DNA from: Heterodontus francisci
Taxonomy: Eukaryota
Assembly (NCBI RefSeq): GCF_036365525.1
Contig: NC_090399.1
Span: forward strand, 20,098,529 to 20,162,528
DNA length: 64,000 bases
Direction of reading: 5' to 3'
Both the position numbers and the translations under genes were made by a program. Position 1 is the stretch's first letter, and each line of letters starts with the position of its first letter. The notes under the pieces are model-generated. The model ran no database searches. It had not been told where the DNA came from and was given only the letters and a program-made list of their open reading frames with translations. Shown here in pieces: positions 9,454 to 19,865 of this stretch.

Positions 9454-12400
9454 TTGTTGAATAAAGTAAGTGATATCAAACTTCAATTAATTGCCTGGCA
9501 TTTACTTTGCAACTTTGCACAATGTCTTTTAAAGTTCTAAGGGCAACACAACCCACAGTTTGGAAGAGTCCACTTGATTTATAAATTCCACTAAGAATTT
9601 GAATAAGTTGAGGAGGCAGAATCATCCCCTTCAAAATTTCCGGTTATGGTTGTTTATCCGGTTATTAATGTCCACGCACTTGGAATGACGAATTGGAGGA
9701 TGATGTGACATAGCAGAGCGCCTTGACAGGTTCAAATAATAAAGATCTTTCAACACACTGACATCCGAATTTGGAGCAGGAGTAGGCCTGTCATTCCTTC
9801 AAGCCTGCTCCGCCATTTGATAAGATCATGGCAGATCTGGTTATGGCCTCAAATTTCCTGTCTACCTGATGTAATTTTGACTCCCTTATCAATCAGGATT
9901 CTATCTAAAACAGCACCTCAAGAGTCAGATCACCATGAAATACAATGGGATATTGTGTTTGATGGCAGATGTTATGGAATATAAATATCGAGATTTATTG
10001 GTGAATCTCTCCCAGACTTTTGTGAGACCAAACCCGCAGTATTTTGTGCTGTTTTGGACTCAACACTGTTGGCCAATTTGGATGTAATAGTGAGGACACA
10101 GCGTAGTAAACTCACTAGCATGATGTCGGACATGAATAAATCCAAATATGAAAAATGAGTTCGTTCTCAATCAGAAGAGAAGAGATTTCAGGCTGAATTA
10201 ATAGAGATGGTTGCAGTAATGAAAGCCTGGAGCAGAATAGATAGATGCAACGATTGATGGGTCTATCAGCAGTGAACATAGATCTTGAGAGTAAATGAAA
10301 GAGATTTAGGACAGAGAACAGAAGAAACTTTGTGACACCTAGAATTGTGAAGCTGTGACTTGGATTTTTGGAGTTATTGATTGAAGCAGAGACTGTGACA
10401 ACTTTAACGGGTTTGATATGATGTTTCAAGATCAATGAATAAAGTAATATTGGAGCAGTGCGACCAGATATGATTAAAACTATTGCTTATGTAGATGACA
10501 AATACAGATGTGGGTTGATCTGCCCCAACGACCTGCTTTCGTGTTGCAATTTCTATGAAATTCATTTTTTCATGTGGTAATTGATTTGTTTTCTTGTGCT
10601 GGCAAGACTTCATGTTTGGCCAATTCCTTGCAGCCCTGAGGATGTGATGGCCAGCCTTCAATTTTACCTGCTGCTCTCCTTCTGATGGTGCAGCAGCGAT
10701 GATGCCAGGAAGGGAATCCCAGGATACAGATACAGCGACCATGAACAAATTGTGACATATGTCTAAGCTAGAATGGTATGTGACTTACAAATGATGATGT
10801 TCCAATGACATTTTGTTCCTGTGCTTCTCGGTGGGAGAGGTTGCAGATGAGGAAGTTGCTGTCGAATTAAACTTGATGGTTTGCTGCAGTGCATCCGATA
10901 AACTGTATTTTCAGGAACCATTGTGTGTCAGCTGCAGAGGGAAGGACACTGAGCTCAGGGACATGGGCACTGATGAAGGGAACTGCTCTGTCCCATATGA
11001 GATTGAGCTTCTGGAGTTGTATAGTTCCTGCACCCATCCTGTCGATTGGTCTATATTCCCTCACACACCTGACTTGTGGCCTTTCCTTGATGTTGAGGAT
11101 TTGGAACGGGATCGGGGTGAAGGGAGAGGTGCGAGCGGATGTGTGCCACTCGGAGACGCCGTGGTACTGATAGTTAGCAGGTAAAACAATATCAAATTGA
11201 TGCAGTATGTATTGCTCTTCTGAGATTTCAACTGAAGAAATGGGATGCAGCAGAGCAGAGGAAGTTTTTTCTGTCTCCATTTAAGCTGTGCTCCAGCTGA
11301 CCTCAGCGTGTCTCCACGCAAAACTATGAAAGTTCTTGGCAATGCTTTCAAGCTCAATCAGGCTGATCGTATAAAGCATTCTGTTCTCTCATTAATAGTG
11401 AATCTTTTACAAAGGCAATGAATAAACCGTGTCTGGTGTCTACCTCAACATGGTGCGGGGTTGGCACCCCAACGTTCTCCCGACGTCGGGTTCCCGACCC
11501 CCAGAAGGAAAATCCTTTTCACCAAAAGGAGGCACGGTTGACTTGGCAACAAGTCCACTGTCACACTGAGGCCCTGTCACTAACTGAAAAACGACAGGTG
11601 GGAAAACTTCCAGCGCTCTCGACAAGTCTTTTCTTTTCCCCTTGCAGAACCTGTGTTTCCAGTTTTTATTAAACTTTCTGTCGTTTGGAAGTCCCACAGA
11701 CGATGTTCTAATCTTCATTCTCAATATGGATGGGATAACCAGCGGGATTCCTGCAGAAATAATTTCCCTATCCCTCTCCACGTTATGGCAGGAGATGGGG
11801 AAACCCACCCACAACCACATCCTCTCCCACCCATTGGAAATTCCATCCCTCAAAAATGTTTCCTCTGGCAGAATATTTCGGAGCTGTGTCATATTGTTCT
11901 TGTATTTGACAGAGAGTTGGACCTTGTGATTGAGAAACTGCAGGTCTGTTTCAGGCCGTTGACCCAATATAAATGGCCTCCTTCATTTTGCAGCACATCT
12001 CATGACCTTGGGTTTCTACTTGCTTTTGGCTTGACCAACTGTTCTCGTTTCGCCCTCGTTCCTGCTCTCGAGCAGTGGCTTTTACTGAATTTTCTTTTCT
12101 TCACATAACACAGATATGACATGATCACCCATTTTGCAGCATTATCCAAAGTTAAAATTGCACCGCCACCACCGCACAAATCCCCTCATCCCTCGCTCAG
12201 TTCCAATCCTAGAAGAAACCATTCTGTCCTTTTTCAGCGTGGTAGCATTCTTGCCTCCTCGTCAGAACGTCACCAGAGACATAAACGCACAATCTAGGCT
12301 GCCGCTCCAGTGAGGGAGTGCTGCACTGTCGTAGGTGCTATCTTGTGGATGAGACATTAAACCAAGGCCCTGCCTGCCCTCTCAGGTGGACGGAAAAGAC

Positions 12401-12749
12401 GCTGTGTCACTATTTTAAGGACTTCACCCCTTCCTCGGCTCTTCGGCTGCTGAACCCCTCATCCAGGACTTTGTTACCTCTAGACTTGACTATTCCAATG
12501 TTCTTCCGACCAGTCTCCCACATTCTTCCCTCATAAATTTGAGGGCATCCGAAACCTTGCTCCCCACGTCTGAACTCACACCAAGTCCTGTTCACCAACA
12601 CCCCTGTGTTTGCTTACTTATTTTGGCTATCAGTTTAGTAATAACTTGATTTTAAAATTCCCATCCTTGTTTTCAAAGGCCACCATGGTCTCACCCCTCC
12701 CTATCTCTGTAATCTCCTACAGCCCCACAACCCTCTGGGATATCTACAC

Positions 12750-13492
12750 TGCCCGACCTGAACTCGATGGGACCTGACATGTGTCTGGTGCGGGTTGGGT
12801 CACTCTTCTGGGCCCGGTTTTCGGGCTCATGTCGGGTCTGAGTCAGACACACACAGTATTAATTGGACTTGAAAGGTTGTTTAAAAGGATTAAGATTGGA
12901 GCCATGAAGTCAGTGATTGTTTGGTCACAAGTTAAACAGAAACCCATGGAGTTGTGCCCATTCAGGTTGTGCCACGCTGTACCAGTATCCGCATTGCTTA
13001 AAATAAAGACCTCAATTGCCCGAAGGCTCAGAAAATATCATTATACATTAACTAGACACCTGCTTTACAGGTCGAAATACTTGCTGTAAGTTTATCCAGT
13101 GAGCAGCTGAGATGCCGAGGCCAGGAAAGTCCTGAGTGATTAATTATTATTACAGTACTGTATTGTATATGTGGTAGAATGGAGTCCTGACAGTGATCAT
13201 TTTATATTTTTTTATATAAATACTGTATATTTTATAATAATTAATCTCTCAGGACCTTCCTGGTCTCTGCATCTCAGCTGCTCACTGGATAAACTTGTAG
13301 CAAGTATTTCAACTGAAAAAGTGAAAAACAGATTCGGAGTTGGAAGGTAGGTAAAGTGAACATTCCGTTGGTCGGGTTGGGTCGGACTCGGGTCGGGTTG
13401 GGCATGGGAAAAAATGGAAGGACTCAGACCAGGTTGGGCTCGGGTACGATGTGGTTCTGTTGTTTTTTTTTTCAGACCCGAGCAGGCCTTTC
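12750..13492. mobile_element. hAT-like non-autonomous DNA transposon (MITE) with an internal 77-bp-arm inverted repeat; copies at ~33694-34425 and ~50140-50870
   Basis: Subterminal CCCGA/TCGGG motif clusters at both ends. Candidate 8-bp TSD ATCTACAC / ATCT(C/A)CGC. It interrupts an L2 fragment. Confidence 0.55.
13074..13310. repeat. Long inverted repeat (arms 13074-13150 and 13234-13310); copies at 34007-34243 and 50452-50688
   Basis: The arms are reverse complements with 6 mismatches in 77 bp in unit 1 (4 in unit 2), around an AT-rich 83-bp loop. Confidence 0.92.
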
Positions 13493-14280
13493 ATCTCCGC
13501 TTCTCTGATTCTGGCCTCGTGAGCTCCAACATTGGTGGCTGTGACTTCAGGTGCCTAGCCCCAAGCTCTGGAATTCCCTCACTCAACCTCTCCACTTCTC
13601 TCTCCTCCTTAAAGAAATTCATTAAAAACCTACCACTCTGACCAAGCCTTTGGTCATCAGCTATAATATCATCTTTTGTCACTTGGTCAAAGTTTGCTTA
13701 TAATGCTCTTGTGAAGTGCCTTGTGATGTTATATTACATTAAAGGTGCAATATAAATGCAAGTTGTTTTTGTTGTTGTTGAAGAAGACTGGGGGTGTTCT
13801 CCCCAACTTCACTAAAACAGATGATCTAGTCAATTATCTCATTGCTGTTTGTGGGAGTTTGCTGCTGTGTGTAAACTGGATGCTGCATTGTCTACATTTC
13901 AAGAGTGACTGCATTTCAAAAAGGAGTCGAATTGGCTGTGATGCACTTTTGGATGTCCTGGGGTGGTGAAAGGTGATTTATAAATGGAAATCTTTCAGGT
14001 CTTGCTTGACTGAAGACCAGCGTGGTCTGAAATGCTCAGGAAGATGACTGTGCATACAAACGAACAATTCAAAGGTCAGGTGCATCAGAAGGGAAAAACT
14101 CAGGTAGCAGAGACACTGAGAGATATATGAAGCAGGAAAGCAAATTTCAATCAAAACAGTTGTTACAAGGGAAAGTGTATTAGCACACTTCCAAATAGAA
14201 ATAATCAGAATAAGTATAGACAATCAAAACTGTTAGGAATCAATTCACAGAAGTCATCCAAATACTTGGTTCAATTACAG

Positions 14281-14545
14281 GCATCACACATGCACACTCA
14301 CACACACTCACACAGAGAGTAACACACACAGGTTGGAGTGTGTCACAAAGAGTAACACACGGGGTGGAGTGAGTCTCTCACACACACAGAGTAACACAAA
14401 GGCTGGAGTGTGTCAAACACACACAGAGTAACACAAAGGCTGGAGTGTGTCACACAACATGACACGCAGGTTGGAATTTTCAAACACACTTAGTAACATA
14501 CAGGCAGGGTCAGGCACACAAACAGAGTAACACATAGGCTGGGGT
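14281..14545 (+). repeat. CA-rich ~35-bp minisatellite, tract left of the Gypsy element; copies at ~35206-35469 and ~51651-51914
   Basis: Repeats of cacagagtaacacaaaggctggagtgtgtca. Confidence 0.85.
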
Positions 14546-17500
14546 CAGTCTTTAAACATTAATCTTTATTGCATAATAACTATATACACTCCACACTAGC
14601 CTGTGTGTCTCCTTCAAAAGCCTTGCTGTAACTGTTCTTGAGTCTCTCCCACATGATTTCTTAACTCATCCTGGTGGGCAGTAATCTTTACGTTCTCTCA
14701 AGATTAACCCTTTGATACCCTTATACTACATTTTCCCCACGTTTTTAGCCTAAGATATATTTAGACACATTCATTTTTTCATTTACACGCTATCCTATCT
14801 CCTCCCAAGTCTCTGACTTCATAGATTCAACCTATCAGGAGGCTTCACAACTCTTCCTAATCTTGGTGGTCGTCAGATGTGAAAGATTGATAATCTTTCT
14901 CTGATCCCTTGTTTCTTGACTTGGACGGTCTTCGTTGAGTTTTGTAGCATTTGGCACTTTTTGATTTTTCGGTTCATCATCTGAGTCATCTAACTGTGTA
15001 ACTAACGTCTTTGATGTAAAGGAATAAGATTCCTTCTATTTCTCCATTTAGGATCTTCTTGAGTCCATAGTAGAGAAGATCGCTGTTGATTCTCATCTTT
15101 CTGGAGAATTACCCTGTCTCTCTTTTGGTTTCGTACCCATACTTTTTGCCCTTCTGACAACTTTGGTAGGTTTCAGGTACGGAACCTTCTGTAATGATAA
15201 TGGGTCTGCTTGTTTCAATATATCTTTTCTATGTCCAGTATTTTCTGATAATCCTTGCCTTGCAATCCTGGAAGTAACTTCTTGCATAGAATTGGAAATT
15301 GCTTTTGAAGTTTTCATTAAGAGTTGTGATGGCGTTAATCTGCACAATAATGGAGTAGTTCTGTATGTCAGTCGTGCTAAATGGAAATCTCTTTTTTTTC
15401 AATCAACATAATTTTAATGGTTCTGACTGCTCGCTCAGCTTCTCCATTTGATTGTGGATACTTAGGAGAGCTTATTAGGTGAACAAATCCACATTATTCT
15501 GCAAAGTGCGTGAAGTAATCGTTTGCAAATTACAGTCCATTATCAGATAATATCTGATCAGGTATACCAGGTGTTGTGAAACTTCTTGTAAAACTCTGAT
15601 GACTGCTTCAGTTGTTGTTGTGTTGTCCATCTTAACTTCGATCCATCCTGAGAAGTAATCAACTATAATTAGCTAGGCTCTTCCTTCAAAGAAGAACAAA
15701 TCCACGGTCCAGTTGAGAATTGGGTCGAAATTAGAGTTTCTCTTTGATCTTGTCTTCCCCAGTTCTCTGTCAGTGTAGCACTCCTGTGAAACTCACTGCA
15801 TTTCTGTTTCTCTCTCTGCTAATCTTTGAGCAGCACGGCGGGCTGTGAAATATTGCATTGTGTGGGCTCTGTAGCGAAATCTGGACTCTCTGCAAAACTC
15901 AGGTCAGGGTAGGGGGCTCTTCCTCTGTCCTCACTCCTGGATTATTCTCGTTAATCTACTTCAACTTTCTCAATAATATGAAGATCAATAAAAGTTCTTC
16001 TACTTAAGACTGTGAACTCCTGATTTCTTAGGACGTACAGTGTTTCTAATATTTACTTTCCATTATATTGAAGCGTTGCTTGTAACTTCCCCTTTACTTC
16101 AAGTACAAGACCTCCTGGGCCATGCAACTGAGTTTCTATTGCTTGCTCCGGTGTCAAGTTTGAAATGTGTCTGCTGACCAAAATGCTCGTTTCGGATCAT
16201 TGATCTCACCCAGAAAATATTTCGATTGGTCTGCTGCAGGAGCTTCTGTAACTTCATTTATCTCTCTATTCTTAACTACTTTTCCTTTAGAGGTTGATGT
16301 GGTCACGATTTTATTTCAGCATAATCTTACTGAGATGCCCTATTTTTCTGTAATAAAGGCATTCTGCTCTATTGGCGGGACACTGTCCATGCCTGTGGGA
16401 CGTTTTTGCACCACAATGTTTAAGGACATCTTTTGCTCTGCCCCCTGGTGTTCCTGTTTTCCTGGTACCTCTTGTTCAGCCGTCTGGTGAAGGAACGGAA
16501 CTGTTACAGGAGGATTCCTGTACCGGGGTCTTTCCTCACCTCGTATGATTGGTCTGTTATTGCTGCAATAATTGATGTCGGCAACAAAAGCTTTCAAGAC
16601 CTGTTCAAATGTTGTTGATTTTCTCAATACGCTGCTATTATATCATCAGCTACAGCACCAATTAAATACAATTATGTATTCATTATGGATCCCTTGTGAC
16701 TTTTGAAACTCTCTGGAACTCCCAATTTTTGATCCATTTTAAAAAAATTTATAGACTTTTTAGCGTGTTCCCCTTTCAGAAAATCTTTTTCTCACACTAG
16801 CTTGCTTTGATGGAGTGTAGCAGGTCTTTGAGAGAGTTCCTGATGTTTTAAATAGGCTTTCTAGGGGTTTTCCCTTTGCTTAAGCAGCTCACTTATATCT
16901 TTATTTATTTAGAGATACAGCACTGAAACAGGCCCTTTGGCCCACCGAGTCTGTTCCAATCAACAACCACCCATTGATACTAACCCTACACTACCCCCAT
17001 ATTTTCTACCACATCCCCACCATTCTCCTACCACCTGCCTACACTAGGGGCAATTTACAATGGCCAATTTACCTATCAACCTGCAAGTCTTTTGGAGGTG
17101 GGAGGAAACCGGAACACCCGGCGGAAACCCACGCAGACACAGGGAGAACTTGCAAACTCTGCACAGGCAGTACTCAGAATCGAACCCGGGTCGCTGGAGC
17201 TGTGAGGCTGCAGTGCTAACCACTGCGCCACTGTGCCATTGACAGCTGACGCAGCTATCTATTGGAATTAACAGCGCTGTTCCATAGACAGTTTCAGGGT
17301 TTTCCCCTTTTCTTTTTAAGATCACGAGATACTTCAAGCTTGACTGCTTTAATGATTTTTTCAGGCTTGGCTGCATTAATGGAGATTCTGCTGTATTCGG
17401 GGTTTCCCTGCCCTATTTTCTCTTCAGTATCGGACTTTTCCCGTACATTTTTTTCAGTTCGTGTACTTTTCAGGGTTTTCTCCACTCTCCACCCTTGCAT

Positions 17501-18053
17501 TCAGCTGAGTGAGGGATGGGTTGACCCCATTGCTTTTTTCTTTCAATCTCACACTGAGCCTTTGGAAAAAATAATTTGGAAAAACTCTTCAAAGTCTTTT
17601 TTTAAAACCAGGATTTCTCAGTCATCAGCACAATGATTTACCCAATTGCCTGTTTGCAGCCATGCTTCCATTCCATGGAGCTTCTCTCAGCCTTCAAAGA
17701 TCTGTTGTTTCTTTTTATCTTTTCAGATACTTATTTTAAATTCTCTCTTCTGGCTGAAGGATGCTAGTTACTTCAAACTTTTTCTTCTGGGTGTAGAATC
17801 CCTCCACTGTTCACCATATTATATGTTTGGTTCTTCATGCTGCCACCGTCAGAGAGGTTCTTAGACTGTCGTGTTTAAACATTAATAATTATTGCATTGT
17901 AAGGATATACACTTCACACCAGCCTGTGTGTCTCCTTCAATAACCACGCTGTAACTGTTCCCAAGTCTCTCCCACATAATCCCTTACATCATCATGGTGG
18001 GCAGTAATCTTTATGTTCTCTCAAGATTAACCCTTTGATACATTTAGATGACA
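14546..18053 (-). mobile_element. Internally deleted, decayed Gypsy LTR retrotransposon (LTRs at ~14546-14730 and ~17867-18053)
   Basis: Two ~185-bp direct repeats ending ..ACA on the plus strand. Polypurine tract (ttttccccac on plus) next to the left LTR and a PBS-like (c)ggtggcagc near the right LTR. Integrase remnant VDYFSGWIE..GIPDQILSDNG..SSPKYPQSNGEAERAVRTIK at ~15330-15710 and a degenerate gag zinc knuckle. No RT domain seen. Confidence 0.85.
16900..17237 (-). mobile_element. tRNA-derived V-SINE (HE1-like) inserted in the Gypsy element
   Basis: Minus-strand A box TGGCGCAGTGG and B box GGTTCGATTC, V-domain-like gtctgcgtgggtttcc..ccggtttcctcccac, and an (AAAT)n tail. Confidence 0.85.
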
Positions 18054-18780
18054 AAGCACACAGGCTGAAGTGTGTCACATACACACAGAGTAACACACAG
18101 GCTGCAGTGAGTCACATTCACACAGATTAGCACACAGGCTGGAGGTATGACATACACGCATAGTAACACACAGGCTGCATTGTGTCACAGCAAAGAGTAA
18201 CAGACAGGCTGCAGTGTGTCACATACACACAGAGTAACACACTGGCTGCAGTGTGTCACATTCACACAGATTAGCACACAGGCTGGAGGTATCACATACA
18301 CACATAGTAACACACAGGCTGCATTGTGTCACAGCAAAGAGTAACACACAGGCTGGAGTGTGTCACATACACAAAGTAACACACAGGCTGCAGTGTGTCA
18401 CACAGAGTAACACGCAGGTTGGAATGAGTCACAAATGCAAAGTAACACACAGGCTGGAGTCAGTCTCACTCGCACACACAGAGTAACACACAGGCTGGAG
18501 TTTGTCACATACACAGAGTAACACACAGGCTGGAGTACGTCACATACACAGAGTAACACACAGGCTGGAGTATGTCACATACACGCAGAGTAACACAAGT
18601 TGGAATGAGTCACAAATGCAAAGTAACACACAGGCTGGAGTCAGTCTCACACACACACACACACACACACACAGAAACACACTGGCTGGAGTTTGTCACA
18701 TACACAGAGTAACACACTGGCTGGAGTGTGTCACACACACACACAGAGTAACACACATGCTATAGTGGGTCACACACACA
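18054..18780 (+). repeat. CA-rich ~35-bp minisatellite (caggctggag variant)
   Basis: Tandem cacagagtaacacacaggctggagtgtgtcacata with (CA)n expansions. Confidence 0.92.
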
Positions 18781-19342
18781 GGGAATGTATCCATCTTGCG
18801 GATTTTCTGACGGTGGAATTGGATTTGGGCGGCACTTCCGCTCCCTCGCTTTTTGCCTGTTGCCACCCGATTACAAGTGGAAATCAAAGTTTCAGCAGCG
18901 GGCATGGGAGATACATGCGATCATAATGTGCGGAATACTTTTCATGGTGGAGCCTGCTGTCATTCAGGGAAGCATTATGCATGGCATTGGTATAAATAAT
19001 CCTTCAGTGCAAACAGGGAGGCTCATCAACGAGGCCAGTCTTTTTCAGAGACTTCTAGGCTTTTCCCCTGAAATCTTACCCACCATCACCCATCTTTACA
19101 CCTGTCGCAAACAAAGGCTATGGACCCTGGCAACATTACGGCAATAGCACTGAGGACCTGTGCTCCAGAACTTGCCGCGCCCCCAGACAAGCAGATTTGA
19201 GATGGTGCGGGAGGGGCGGGGCGGCGGGTGCGGGCGGGGGGCGGAATAGTAACTGCAGTGAGACTGGGACACCAGTAGATGGAGATGCTGAGCCATTGCT
19301 GATGGGAAGGTTTGGTGCTGCTGAGAGTTTGAAAGTTTCCAA

Positions 19343-19856
19343 ACACAGAGTAACACGCTGGCTGGAGTGTGTCACAGGCACAGAGTAACACACTGGCTGG
19401 AGTGTGTCACATACACAGAGTAACACGCTGGCTGGAGTGTGTCATATCCACAGAGTAACACACTGGCTGGAGTGTGTCACATACACAGAGTAACACGCTG
19501 GCTGCAGTGTGTCATATCCACAGAGTAACACACTGGCTGGAGTATGTCACATACACAGAGTAACACGCTGGCTGGTGTGTGTCACAGGCACAGAGTAACA
19601 CACTGGTTGGAGTGTGTCACACGCACACACAGAATAACACACTGGCTGGAGGGTGTCACACACACACAGAATAACACACTGGCTGGAATGTATCACACAC
19701 ACACGCACACTACACACACACACACACACAGAATAAAACACTGGCTGGAGTATGTCACACACACAGAGTAATACACTGGCTGGAGTGTGTCACACACAAA
19801 CACACACACAGAATAACACACTGGCTGGAGTGTGTACACACACAGAGTAACACACA
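19343..19856 (+). repeat. CA-rich 35-bp minisatellite (ctggctggag variant)
   Basis: Tandem cacagagtaacacactggctggagtgtgtcacata. Confidence 0.92.
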
Positions 19857-19865
19857 GAATTAGAA

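Larger units (their letters stand above)
12235..13996 (+). mobile_element. Nested repeats: DeuSINE (SacSINE1-like; ~12235-12416 and 13780-13996) split by an L2-type LINE 3' fragment (~12417-13779); copies at ~33179-34929 and ~49625-51374
   Basis: Deu-domain-like sequence gagggagtgctgcactgtc...gatgagacattaaacc...ctcaggtggac resumes at gaagaagac...ttctcccc...actaaaacagat. The intervening piece ends in an L2-like tail atataaatgcaagttg(ttg)n. Family names are recalled from memory, not searched. Confidence 0.6.

Noticed and set aside
17165-17237. tRNA gene
   Set aside because: The A and B boxes belong to the head of a SINE followed by a V-domain-like body and a tail. No complete cloverleaf is evident.
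18054-19856. ~35-bp repeats as a CRISPR array
   Set aside because: The units are directly adjacent with no unique spacers, there are no cas genes, and the context is vertebrate. This is a minisatellite.
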